A stretch of DNA of 64,000 nt from Octopus bimaculoides (taxonomy: Eukaryota), in the NCBI RefSeq assembly GCF_001194135.2, contig NC_068989.1, positions 57,047,665 through 57,111,664 on the forward strand, in the 5' to 3' direction. How positions within the stretch are numbered: the first letter of the stretch is position 1; the number at the start of each line of letters is the position of its first letter. The translations under genes and the position numbers were made by a program. Below are positions 12,361-24,798 of this stretch, piece after piece. The notes beneath the pieces are model-generated. The model ran no database searches. It saw only the letters and a program-made list of their open reading frames with translations, and was not told the origin of the DNA.

Positions 12361-14391
12361 ACTTGTTTATTTTTTGTGAGATAAACATTCATTGCATTTT
12401 TAATTAAATATTCAAATTTCTACCACAGTTTACTTTTAATTAGACAAGGTATAAAGACACGACTGCTTGTTTGCATGCTATCACGCATGCAGTTACCTAC
12501 ATAGTCATGCACACACTCCGCGCCTCAAACCTTGATAATTTTAACATAACTTATATGAATAATATATCTTCTTAAAACAGTCATTCCTCGATACAAACCA
12601 TTAAATCTAGTCGTTAGTAGGTATAACAAAGCAGACGAATGATAGCTTTTCCATTCTAACTCTATGACACGCTGAGACACCATCAAAATTGTTATTGTTT
12701 CAAAATTAAAGAATAATTGGAATTACATAAAATTTTTCTATAGTTTTGGTACCAGCTATTAGTAACAGCTCTCACTTGTCAAATCTGTTGACGATAATTG
12801 CCATACAGTAATCTATGCAATCATTTAAAATATTTTTGCAACTATTTTTCTGCTTCACTTGTATCTTTAATTATATTCTCAACTTCTGGCAAGATTTTTG
12901 TTTTTACTAATATATTTCCTGCCCATCAGCATAAATGTTTAATGTTTTTCAACATTAATTTGACGCTTCTTTGTCAGGCTACAATATCGAGTTAAAACCA
13001 ATCTTCTCACATAGAAGAAATGCAGTAATACCAGCATCAATAATGACTTTAAATTTGAATAAAGATTAATTTATTTCAATAATTTGACTAATAATTAAAG
13101 AAAAATTTAATCCTTCAATAATGTATCAGTTCTTAGGAACTTTGAATTCACTGAATATATAATTAAAATTACGGTCAGAAATGCTTACAGGCAATTGTTA
13201 ATCAGATAAAGAAATATTAATGAAATGGCGTCTCATGACTTCAAATTTTAAGGGTTTCTTACACAAATTATATAAATTGCTTATAAAGCCGGTGATGGCG
13301 ATAGTTAAAGCCAACATAACGCCGAACTAAATGCTTGTATTATTTTGTTCAATTCTGTCACATTTCGAATTCAAAACTCACATACCGACCATGCATTTCA
13401 TCACAATGCTTTCCACCATAGTACACAAAATTCTATTCAAATGCGTATAACCACATTTTATTAAAAAACAGTTCAGTGATGAATCAGAAGGAATTTATTT
13501 ATCATAATGTGTGATTGGCATTGTCGATCAATGTAAACAATAGTCAGGGAAAGACCACTGCGTAATTTCAACTCACTGCAAAAGTCAGTCGATTTCAGCG
13601 GCGTCGTTAATGTCCTTAACAAAAGTATGAATGTCACATACACAAACATCAACATTCCGTACACATTTTCTTTACGACTAAAAATCAAATCGAATATACT
13701 AAAAGACATCAGTAAATTCTGATATTGAGACAAGAACAAACGTCTGTACATTGGTACAATATTCGATTACATTGAGCCTAGGGTGTTTTTGCTATTATAT
13801 TATGTATTCCAGAATGAGAGAAACCAAAATCGAACATCAATAGACAATAATAAATGTTGTAAGACATCTAGTCCGGCGTATGGTTGTTTCTACTACTTGA
13901 ACACTTTCATTTCTTTATATAGTAATTCATCTCTGTTAGAATAGCATTTGTATATTTTTAACAGTCGATAGTTGTACGCAGGCACTCATAATCACATGTA
14001 ACTGAATACATATGTATCATGTGTGTGTGTGTGTGTGTGTGTGTNNNNNNNNNNNNNNNNNNNNNNNNNNNNNNNNNNNNNNNNNNNNNNNNNNNNNNNN
14101 NNNNNNNNNNNNNNNNNNNNNNNNNNNNNNNNNNNNNNNNNNNNNNNNNNNNNNNNNNNNNNNNNNNNNNNNNNNNNNNNNNNNNNNNNNNNNNNNNNNN
14201 NNNNNNNNNNNNNNNNNNNNNNNNNNNNNNNNNNNNNNNNNNNNNNNNNNNNNNNNNNNNNNNNNNNNNNNNNNNNNNNNNNNNNNNNNNNNNNNNNNNN
14301 NNNNNNNNNNNNNNNNNNNNNNNNNNNNNNNNNNNNNNNNNNNNNNNNNNNNNNNNNNNNNNNNNNNNNNNNNNNNNNNNNNNNNNNNNNN

Positions 14392-14437
<46 letters not shown>

Positions 14438-14589
14438 TAGATAGATAGATAGATAGGATTAGGGAGAAACACATCGATGGGAACAAGAGACGTTTCATGC
14501 TTTGAAGAACAAGAGCAAATTACGTGATAATGATTAGAAGTAACGTTTAAATATGCAGTTATAAGTGGGAAAGAAGAAAACACGTATAT

Positions 14590-16088
14590 TTAAGCCTGCA
14601 TGTGTTACAGAGGGGGAAGGAAAGAGTAGGAGAAAAAGGGATGAAAGACGGGGTAAGGGAGAAAGGTAATGGACCAGAGAGAGTGGTATGTAGAGAGAAA
14701 TAAAGAGAAAGGGGAGGAAGGGAAGAACAGGAGGGCAAAGAGGGGTGAAGAGAGAAGTTGTGAGACATAGTGAGTGATACCTAAAGAGTAGGAGAGATAC
14801 TGAGACAGAGAGAGAGGGTGGGAGAGAAAGGAAGAAAGTGGGCGAGAAATGAAGGGGAGAAGTTGAGAGAGACAGTGAGAGTGATATAGAAAGTGTGAAG
14901 GAGATAGAGAGAGGAAGGAAAAGGGAGAANNNNNNNNNNNNNNNNNNNNNNNNNNNNNNNNNNNNNNNNNNNNNNNNNNNNNNNNNNNNNNNNNNNNNNN
15001 NNNNNNNNNNNNNNNNNNNNNNNNNNNNNNNNNNNNNNNNNNNNNNNNNNNNNNNNNNNNNNNNNNNNNNNNNNNNNNNNNNNNNNNNNNNNNNNNNNNN
15101 NNNNNNNNNNNNNNNNNNNNNNNNNNNNNNNNNNNNNNNNNNNNNNNNNNNNNNNNNNNNNNNNNNNNNNNNNNNNNNNNNNNNNNNNNNNNNNNNNNNN
15201 NNNNNNNNNNNNNNNNNNNNNNNNNNNNNNNNNNNNNNNNNNNNNNNNNNNNNNNNNNNNNNNNNNNNNNNNNNNNNNNNNNNNNNNNNNNNNNNNNNNN
15301 NNNNNNNNNNNNNNNNNNNNNNNNNNNNNNNNNNNNNNNNNNNNNNNNNNNNNNNNNNNNNNNNNNNNNNNNNNNNNCAGAGAGAGAGGGTGGGAGAGAA
15401 AGGAAGAAAGTGGGCGAGAAATGAAGGGGAGAAGTTGAGAGAGACAGTGAGAGTGATATAGAAAGTGTGAAGGAGATAGAGAGAGGAAGGAAAAGGGAGA
15501 AAGGAAAAAGAAGAAAAGAGGGGAAACGAGGGTAGGAGAGAGAGTTAGTGTGACGTAGAGTGTAATAGTGTCCAAGGGAGATAAAAAGGAAGATAGAGGT
15601 TGAGGGAGGAGGAGAAAGGAAGGAAAAGGGCGAGAAAATAGGGAGGAAGAAATAGAGACATTGAAAGGGAGATAGAGGGAGAGAGAGAGAAAGAGGGAGA
15701 AGGAGAGGAAGGAAAAGAAAAAGAGAAAAGTAAGGAAAAGAGGGTAAATGAGGGAGGAGAGAGGTAGTATGACAGAGATAGTGATAGAGTGAGATCTGGA
15801 AAAATACAGAGAAAGAGAGAGAGAGGGAAGAAGGAGAGACGAAGGAAGGAAAAGGGCAAGAGAAGAGGGAGAGAGAAGTTGAGAGAAAAAGTAAGAGTGA
15901 TATAGAAAGAGCGAGGGTGATGAGAGGGAGAGAGACGGAGCGAGAAAGAGGCGGGAAAAGGAAAGAAAAATGAAGGAAAACGAGGGAAGGTGTGATAGGT
16001 AGTGTAATAGAGAGCGAGTGAGACAGGAAAGAGGGATAGGTTGAGATAGTATAAGAGAGAGGGGGAGGGGAGAGAGGGAGATAGATCA
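14590..16088. repeat. Purine-rich (GA) cryptic satellite spanning a gap
   Basis: The plus strand is almost entirely G/A. Variants of GAGAAGTTGAGAGAGACAGTGAGAGTGATATAGAAAG recur at ~14753, ~14857, ~15429 and ~15873. Confidence 0.85.
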
Positions 16089-16479
16089 ATGAGTTTGAGT
16101 TGTTATTACTTTGCTGTCAAAGAGGATAGTAACATGTCTGACACATGAATCTAAAGTGACAGTTTATCAGTAGCCCGTTTATTATTGATCAATAAGCCGC
16201 TCAAAGATAATATCATCGGATTAACAGAATCGGTTGGTACTGATATTGGTTTGCTCAGCTTGTGACAGTATGTGAGAGTAGTCTCCGTCCGCCGACTAGT
16301 TTGCAGAAAAATGTATGTATGCATGCATGCATGTATATATATGCATGCATGTATGTATGTATGTGTGTACGGATGGATGGATGGATGGATGGATGGATGG
16401 ATGGATGGGTGGATGGATGGATGGTTGGATGAATGAAAGGATTAATTTTTGGATGTACGTATGTTTGAATATTATGTAT

Positions 16480-18030
16480 GTTATATCTAGATTTCTTGTC
16501 AATGAAAAATGATCTGGTTTGTACCCTAGATCCGAGGATTCTTCATTGGAATTTCAACAACATGAATAGGATAATTGTGCATTTATGCGTGTATATATGC
16601 AAATACTTAATGTCAGTGCATGTGCAGATCTGTATGTTTTGTTTTATGTATGTGCACTTATATATAGAGTTGCAAGTCCAGATGCGTGCATATGTACTTA
16701 AATGCTAAATCTTTGGAAAGTTTTACTTATGTAGACAGTTCCATTGATGCCTTGTACCGGTAGTCTTCTGATTAGCTTTCTCTCCTCTAGTTTTGGGAGC
16801 CCTAATTTTTAAGATCGGTGCTGAAGCAGTTGGTTTTCTACCGTAGTTTCTCAAAAAATATGTGTATAAACTTGTAATCCGGGTGGAGTATCTGTAAATG
16901 TCTCAGTAGTTCAGTGTGTTTTCTTTGTCGCCGATCTCAAGCTTTATGTTGATATTTGCTGGGTAAACTTTCACTACTCTACATAGTTTCTCTTCTCTCT
17001 CTGGTATATCACGCTTACATTTTATTGAAATTTTCACTGGGATGTTACACCAGTACTCTTGCATTGTATGAATGCTTATAATCTCTACCGCATTGTGGGT
17101 TACTATATCTTTGGATCTTCTGACAGAACTCATCGTACTGTATATAGGCCATAACACAGTGTCTCATAACGTAGCATGATGACATTTTCGGACAATTGCT
17201 TTCAATGTTATCAATGTCTGGTGGAGGCGCAATGGTCCAGTGGTTAGGGCACCGGACTCGCGGTCATAGGATCGCGGTTTCGATTCCCAGACCGGGCGTT
17301 GTGAGTGTTTATTGAGCAAAAACACCTAAAGCTCCACGAGGTTCCGGCAGGGGATGGTGGCGAACCCTGCTGTACTCTTTCATCATAATTTTTTCTCACA
17401 CTTACTTCCTGTTTCTGTTGTGCCTGTAATTCAAAGGGTCAGCCTTGTCACACTGTGTCACGCTGAATATCCCTGAGAACTACGTTAAGGCTACACGTGT
17501 CTGTGGAGTGCTCAGCCACTTGCACGTTAATTTCGCGAGCAGGCTGTTCCGTTGATCGGATCAACTGGAACCCTCGACGTCGTAAGCGACGGAGTGCCAA
17601 CAATACAACATCAATGTCTGAATCGTTTATCACATTTCGGTGTTTATCCTCAGTCTATGTCTCTTTTTGTGCAGCTGCAATTTGATAGCTATTTCCTGTT
17701 CGTGGATTAGAAATACATATCTTTCAAATTAATAGTCAGTGATCCTGTTACTGATCGGCAAGTGACTGCTTTTATTATCAATGTTGCCGTCATTGTTGAT
17801 CATTCCTTCTCCTGAGTGCATGTTGCTGTAGAGTCAGCCAACTTTGGGTATGCATTCGTGATCATCAGACAAGGAAAGTTCTTCGAGAAGATGCTTTCCA
17901 AGTCTCATGATGTTATTTGCCTCGTGTATGCAAACTTGGTGGTGGATTCACTTCGATGTAAAGCATCTGCCCTCCTTGTTTCCGTTCTAGATGAAGGCGA
18001 TCTAAAGGTGCTGGTCAATATCATTTGAGT
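16480..18030 (-). mobile_element. RLE-type LINE (same group as 6796-7550), interrupted by a SINE
   Basis: Minus translations EYWCNIPVKISIKCK..REEKLCRVVKVYPANINIKLEIGDKENT and KLEERKLIRRLPVQGINGTVYISKTFQRFSI* (stop 16698-16700). The 3' UTR ends ~16480 next to a CATA/CCAT tract. Confidence 0.8.
17221..17609 (+). mobile_element. Full-length tRNA-derived SINE with (CAA)-type tail and 11 bp TSD
   Basis: Head GTGGAGGCGCAATGGTCCAGTGGTTAGGGC...GGTTTCGATTCC; tail GACGGAGTGCCAACAATACAAC; perfect TSD ATCAATGTCTG at 17210-17220 and 17610-17620. A second copy lies at 31988-32329. Confidence 0.93.
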
Positions 18031-18035
18031 TTGTA

Positions 18036-18543
18036 CACTAGCGGTGTCTAAATTATACAAAAAGGAAAATAACACTGACATCTCGTTTTAACAGATATGT
18101 TTACCGGAATTACATAAAAATATCCTGAAATACTAAAGAATAAAGTTATTCAATAAAATTGCCATTGGCTTCAACCACCGCCTCCAGATGACTTCGGAAT
18201 ATCCTGCGACTCTTCTGGACGGTCTTCTTGTTTAAGTTCATCTCTGGTGATACAAAGAGTATTGTTGATCTCCCGCTCAACTGCGCCTCACACATAATAA
18301 TCAAATGGGTTGCAGTCTAGTGAGTTAGGTGGCCATATATTAGGGGTCTCCGACGCGAATGCCAAGCAGTACAGCATGCCGTTTCCAAATTTTTTGCAGA
18401 GTGAAATGCGTGATGTTTTTCCTACAGACGGTGCTCAACTGATCCTACAATTCTGTGTAGTCGACAAAACAACAAAATCAAAAATAAAGTGCACGCGCGA
18501 AGTTAAAAATATAGAATGGCGACAATTTACTCAGCACATCCTA
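18036..18543 (-). mobile_element. Internally deleted Tc1/mariner DNA transposon
   Basis: The minus strand joins an N-terminal piece (WKRHAVLLGIRA) to IWPPNSLDCNPFDYYV*GAVEREINN...LEAVVEANGNFIE* (third catalytic Asp motif and C-terminus). Degenerate TIR-like ends, each flanked by TA (18034-18035, 18544-18545). Confidence 0.85.
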
Positions 18544-18589
18544 TATGTATATATATATACATATGTATATATGTATACATAGGTATGCA

Positions 18590-18775
18590 TGTGTATGTGT
18601 CTTTATGTTTGTGTTTGCCTTCAGTCATCACTTAAAAACCGATGTTGGTCTGTTTACTTCCCCATAGCTGAGAGGTTCGGCGAAAAGAATCCGATATAAA
18701 AATACCAGACTTAAATAAGTACTGTGGTCGATTCGTTCGACTAAGACCTTCAAGCAGTGCCCCAGCATTCAAATT
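18590..18775 (+). mobile_element. 3' half of a degenerate SINE (246-612 family)
   Basis: AACCGATGTTGGTCTGTTTACTTCCCC...GGTTCGGCGAAAAGA...GGTCGATTCGTTCGACTAAG...GTGCCCCAGCAT. Confidence 0.7.
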
Positions 18776-19314
18776 ATTGAAGTAGATAAATGTATTTAAG
18801 AGAGTTCGAAGTAACTGCAGGAAGTTTCGTTGCTCTAATGTTTGAAGAATCTAAGGACTCGTGTTCGTGCTTATCGTCTGAGAGTAAGAAACAGAGTGCG
18901 ATATTACCCATGAATGTCAAGTGACATCATCATTTCTGATCATCTGACGGTACTTACCTCAAACTTATAGACATTTTATCGAAAACTCATATATTGTTTG
19001 AAGTGCTCACTAATGTAACTATGATGAAAATAGAAACACTTGTGTCGTTTTAGTCTAGGAAACAGAATTTAAGATGTTTTCGTATGTATAACTTTCGTCG
19101 CCATTTAATTCCTACAATAATATGACTTTGCTTATACTTTCATCTATACCAGTAAATAAACACAGAATGAAACACACACTTATTCACTCCCTTTCTCTCT
19201 CTCTCTCCCTCTATTTATCTCTTCTGTCTCACACAACCACATTGTAAGCACAGACATTCAAGCACAAACACATCCAAGCTGCACGCCTGGTCACATGTAC
19301 ATTATATATATGTG

Positions 19315-19404
<90 letters not shown>

Positions 19405-20085
19405 AATGTATATTTTTACGAAATATTTTTACTACAGACTTAATGAAATATGACTAAGGAGAGGGAGAGAGAGAAAAAGACCATAGGTGACAGAGAACTA
19501 TTCTTTTTAGTGCTTACACACACACACACACACACACAATTGTTAAAGAGGACAACAAACGCTACGGCAAGGCAAACATCTCAGGCCATATACATTATTA
19601 TCATTGGAAGACATTCAGTCTTACAGCTGTTTCTTGGATATCCCAGAGTATGGGATATTTCGTCATCAGAAACAAATAGGGAAAATGAGAAGTGTATAGA
19701 CTAATGAAATGAAGATATAGAGGACAGGAGGAAAGGAATAAGGAGATGAAGAGAGAGAGAAAAAAAAACAAGCGTAAAAGTTCACTGTTCAATTTTCCGA
19801 TGTTGCATATATAAATCCATGGGCTTAGGTGCAATCCTGCGTAAATCCTAGCGTACCTAATCGTTTAGCTCACCTGTGGACTAAATCCCCATACTTTATA
19901 TATATATATATATATATAACCCCCATACTATACACATAACGGGCTTTTGTAGAAGACAACGTAGTGGGATTGTATCTGAAAGCACATGGTTGAGAAGTTG
20001 GGAAGCAAACATATTACCACTTACTCACAATGTATGCGTGTCTGTCTGTGTGCGTGCGTGCGCGCACACGTGTGTGTGAGAGAAA

Positions 20086-20447
20086 GAGTAGACATGGCTT
20101 TATGGGAGTCTCTCCGATGTTATGACTCTTCTTGCTCTTTGCGATCAACATGGCGATCTCATAGGAAGCCTCAACAACCATTGAAATTTGTTGCCGAAGT
20201 ACCCCACTACCATCCAACTTAGCTTTTTTCAAGAAATGTCTTTTTGTTTCAAAGAATACCTTGGGCTTGTCTGCAAGAGCAGTGTGTGTTGTCCTCAAAT
20301 GGCATTCCAAGCGTGAGAGTCGCATTCCATTATTGATCAAAGTTTTGTAACATATCATATACTGGGGCATTTTTGTGTCACCTTTTGGAGGGACACGAAT
20401 CCAAATCGAATATATTTGTCAAGATACTTCCGTTTCTTTGCACTCAT
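20086..20447 (-). mobile_element. hAT (Buster/Charlie, ZBED5/SCAND3-like) transposase N-terminal fragment
   Basis: MSAKKRKYLDKYIRFGFVSLQK/ then PQYMICYKTLINNGMRLSRLECHLRTTH...EASYEIAMLIAKSKKSHNIGETPIKPCLL: a BED-finger remnant plus the AK.KK.HNIGE.LIKP motif typical of this family. Truncated into a (GT)-rich tract. Confidence 0.88.
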
Positions 20448-20581
20448 CGCGAATTATTTGATGTGCAGTGGACAACACAAATATGTGAACAAACGATAAG
20501 ACACGTGTAAAGTAGTGTCAAGGTCCAAGTTAGAACGCTTGGAGTAAAAGGTTCTGAAAAAATAAAATTAAAGCATTATAC

Positions 20582-20916
20582 CTGTGGTTCTCAACATGAG
20601 TCTTGTAACAAAAAAAATTACAAAATAAAGGCAAATGTTAACGCTACAATTCAGAATTAGTGAGGACTTTGAGGGATATGAAGCGGGTGGGGGAGGTCAA
20701 TAAGTACAGAAAATGGTAAGTGGCACTAAGATAGTAGAATGAGAAAACGAAAGGTATAACGCGAGATGCTGTTGCATTGTTTCATAAACTTCTCATTATT
20801 TGACCATTCCCTCGTTAAGAGAATAACAAATATAATTAGAGAAATTCCTGCTTTTTCTCAAGGGCTCATCCCCCTCCACTTGGAAATTGCTGACACTCCC
20901 AGGTTAAGAACCACTA
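20582..20916. mobile_element. Putative hAT-type MITE
   Basis: Terminal inverted repeats CTGTGGTTCTCAAC (20582-20595) / GTTAAGAACCACTA (20903-20916) resemble the CAGTGGTTCTCAAC hAT-Charlie end. Both 8 bp flanks have a central TA but do not match each other. Confidence 0.5.
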
Positions 20917-20989
20917 TTCTAAGTAATCAATTAGAATTTATTTCAGTTCACTGATTCTACCTATCAGTTAAGATAAATGAATCGTGATG

Positions 20990-21610
20990 CCGGATATCGT
21001 TATTGATAATATGTACAAAAGAGTACGTAGGCCTTTGTGATAGCAATATTATAGATATTAGCAAGGAGGCGACCTGGCAGAAACGTAAGCACGCCGGGCG
21101 AAATGCTTAATGGTGTTTCGTCTGTTTTTATATTCTGAGTTCAAATTCCGCCGAGGTCGAGTTTGCCTTTCAGTTGCGTACTAGGTTTGATCTAATCGAC
21201 TGCCCCCTTCACCCAAAATTTCGGGCCTTGTGCCTAGAGTATAAAAGAATATTATAGATATCATTGTTGAGAGTAAACATACGAGTAGTTATGACCAAGT
21301 AACGGTACTGTTAGATATCATTACTGAAAATAAACATACGAGTACATATGACCATATGATGGTGCTATTAGATATCATTATTGGGAGTACACGTACGACC
21401 ATATGATGGTACTGTTACATACCATTACTGAGAGTACACACAGAAGTACACATGGCCATATGATGTACTATCATATATGATTATTGGGAGAAAACGTAAT
21501 AGTACACATAACTATGATATGGCTCTGTTAAATATCATTATTGAGACTATACATACGAGTATACATTACTATGTTGGTACTGTTAGATATCATCATAGAA
21601 AGCAGACATA
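20990..21610. repeat. ~57 bp minisatellite (about 7 degenerate units), first unit split by a SINE
   Basis: Unit ~TAGATATCATTACTGAGAGTAAACATACGAGTACATATGACCATATGATGGTACTGT starts at 21255, 21312, 21369, ~21416, ~21474, ~21529 and ~21584, with one more upstream of the SINE. Confidence 0.85.
21062..21247 (+). mobile_element. Monomeric SINE with 14 bp TSD
   Basis: GGCGACCTGGCAGAAACGTAAGCACGCCGGGCGAAATGC...GAGTTCAAATTCCGCCGAGGTCGA; TSD AATATTATAGATAT at 21045-21058 and 21248-21261. Confidence 0.9.
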
Positions 21611-23781
21611 TGAATACAAATAAAATTCTATCATATTGAAAATAGACAATAAAGGATCAGAAGCATAAGGCGTTTGTTCTTGTCAGTGGCCAGGTAATAA
21701 CATTAATTGATTAAAAGGAAATGTAAGATGATGTTGTACGATAAGAAACAGGGAAATAACAAACGTTTCAGAGGTAAACTATTTAGTAACTTAGTGAGAA
21801 GAGAAAGACAACATCCATTAATATTTTAAGGTCTCCGAGACTGGTGCTAGGAAGAGAAGGGACCAAGTTATTCTCAGATCAGGGCCCAAGTTTGACTCAT
21901 TTCAACAGAATGCTTCGCGTTTAACTTATCCAAGGGATATGTGGTGGTTTTAAACTAGGTATCGTTTTATTAATCCAGGATAATATTGTATGTTATTTAA
22001 AGTATACAATATTGAGTTAGATAGATACCGAGTGGTTGATGAGTAGGGACGATGTGAAATAGGTTAAAGTGTACACAAAATGAAACATTTCGTTATTCTT
22101 CTACTGTCTTTCTACTTCATTCATTAATCTACTCTCAGTCACCTTCATATTATATTACATTCATGTAAAATATCTAATTTAAATAGGAATTTATTCATGA
22201 GAGAATAAACAGAATGATTTACTCAGCTGTCACAGGAAAAGTTAACAAATCAACGCATTAAATAAAACAGATAATAGAGGCACAAATAGAACATGACTAT
22301 GATAACGTGGTTAAGAATGAAAACAAAACAAATCAACCAAGTGCTTAGATGCAAGAGGAGACAACGAAACGCTCGATTAGTTCAACTGATGTGTGAACTG
22401 AAAGTTGCAACGTTTCGGATCCTTGCCTCTTTGAGCGGAACAGAAAGGGAAAGTCGGTTCACAACCATCAGTTATAATTTCGTTCTTTCCCGTAATAACT
22501 TGGAAAAGTGTTAAGTCTATAAAACATCATGTTTTAGTTTTCACATGCTTTTCTAGAAAGACTTATATGGATTAAATGTTGTTGATGAAGACAATCACCT
22601 AGATCTTTAAGTTTCTGAATATGATTCCAACCAACCAACCAACCAAAAGTAAATAGAATGCAATATTAAACTGACAATGAAGCATTGAAATTATTAGACT
22701 GGCAGTACGAATACATCGGGAGCAAAATCAGTAGACGACCGTGCTCACTTTATATGGGCGACAATATAAGCCAAAATAGCAGTGGTATCATGAAAACATA
22801 TATTGAAATTAAGGAGCAAGTAGAAAGATGAAGAGATAAATGCGTTATGCGTCTCTGTGTTTGTAACTAGAAATAATTTTTTAGCACTTATACTTTCAGC
22901 CGTATAATTATACAAATACTAAATTAAATTAGCTTTTCTATTATTTAATGTATAAACTGTGACGCCCACTATCTTGTCGTATTACCTACTCCCTAAAGTA
23001 ATCAGTATACAAATTGCACAGATAACATACCTAATAATACTGAAAATAATAATAATAATAATAATAATAATTTATATATAATATAATATATATANNNNNN
23101 NNNNNNNNNNNNNNNNNNNNNNNNNNNNNNNNNNNNNNNNNNNNNNNNNNNNNNNNNNNNNNNNNNNNNNNNNNNNNNNNNNNNNNNNNNNNNNNNNNNN
23201 NNNNNNNNNNNNNNNNNNNNNNNNNNNNNNNNNNNNNNNNNNNNNNNNNNNNNNNNNNNNNNNNNNNNNNNNNNNNNNNNNNNNNNNNNNNNNNNNNNNN
23301 NNNNNNNNNNNNNNNNNNNNNNNNNNNNNNNNNNNNNNNNNNNNNNNNNNNNNNNNNNNNNNNNNNNNNNNNNNNNNNNNNNNNNNNNNNNNNNNNNNNN
23401 NNNNNNNNNNNNNNNNNNNNNNNNNNNNNNNNNNNNNNNNNNNNNNNNNNNNNNNNNNNNNNNNNNNNNNNNNNNNNNNNNNNNNNNNNNNNNNNNNNNN
23501 NNNNNNNNNNNNNNNNNNNNNNNNNNNNNNNNNNNNNNNNNNNNNNNNNNNNNNNNNNNNNNNNNNNNNNNNNNNNNNNNNNNNNNNNNNNNNNNNNNAT
23601 ATATATATATGCATATATATTTATACATATACGTATATATACGTATACATATATATTTATATATATACGTATATATATATATATGTACATATATATTTAT
23701 ACATATATTTATACATATATATGTATATATATATATACATATACATATACACACACACACACACGCACACGCACATATATG

Positions 23782-23831
23782 TATTTACACCACCTGTCCT
23801 CGTCTGTTGTTATTTTTTGTATATTCTCTCC
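23782..23831 (+). mobile_element. Terminal 50 bp of the PLE-like fragment family (9010, 51839)
   Basis: TATTTACACCACCTGTCCTCGTCTGTTGTTATTTTTTGTATATTCTC is identical to the end of the 51839 copy and is embedded in TA-rich microsatellite. Confidence 0.75.
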
Positions 23832-23879
<48 letters not shown>

Positions 23880-24743
23880 TGTACGTATATATGAATATGA
23901 TGTTAGAGATTGATGTTGCCTAGACATGGTATTAATAGAAGTCTGGCGCATGGATGACTTACAGCTGCACAACATATTCTCCTCTAATATCAACTCTAGA
24001 CATCTTTTCCTATTTTTCTCGAATGAGTAATTCATTGGCAAGTTTCCACAAGTCTAAAACTGTGCTGAGCTTATAGACAATATCATCCCTCTTCGATCCG
24101 TTTTTCCATACCTTTCACCTTACTCCTTGTCTTACTCTTATAATCATTTTCCCCCACCATCTCTCACATACATGCATATAAATACACGTCTATGTAACAT
24201 GTATGTATGTATGCATAAGTGTGTATATCTATGCATGTATTTATGCTGCTTAATCATATAAACATCATTATTTCTATCCTTTTGTACCATTACTTTCTAT
24301 CCTTGTTTTCACACATACAGAGGCTACATATATATATATATATANNNNNNNNNNNNNNNNNNNNNNNNNNNNNNNNNNNNNNNNNNNNNNNNNNNNNNNN
24401 NNNNNNNNNNNNNNNNNNNNNNNNNNNNNNNNNNNNNNNNNNNNNNNNNNNNNNNNNNNNNNNNNNNNNNNNNNNNNNNNNNNNNNNNNNNNNNNNNNNN
24501 NNNNNNNNNNNNNNNNNNNNNNNNNNNNNNNNNNNNNNNNNNNNNNNNNNNNNNNNNNNNNNNNNNNNNNNNNNNNNNNNNNNNNNNNNNNNNNNNNNNN
24601 NNNNNNNNNNNNNNNNNNNNNNNNNNNNNNNNNNNNNNNNNNNNNNNNNNNNNNNNNNNNNNNNNNNNNNNNNNNNNNNATACTGATAATAAAGCTCATT
24701 CTTCTAATATCTTTTCTTTTTTCTTCATATATATACATATGTA

Positions 24744-24798
<55 letters not shown>

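Noticed and set aside
13473-13751. Hydrophobic 92 aa ORF
   Set aside because: No recognisable motif or convincing splice sites; expected by chance in AT-rich DNA.
14478-14522. Minus-strand GAAACGTC motif
   Set aside because: The flanks are direct (TCTTGTTC), not complementary, and there is no CUGANGA core.
14605-16089. 494 aa S/L/P/F-rich ORF
   Set aside because: It is the pyrimidine strand of the GA satellite, which lacks stops by composition, and it includes a gap and a duplicated flank.
17221-17295. tRNA-like sequence (also at other SINE heads)
   Set aside because: A/B boxes are present, but the sequence continues into SINE body with tail and TSD, and no acceptor stem closes.
21250-21610. 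Regular repeat array as CRISPR
   Set aside because: Contiguous degenerate units without unique spacers, eukaryotic context, no cas genes.
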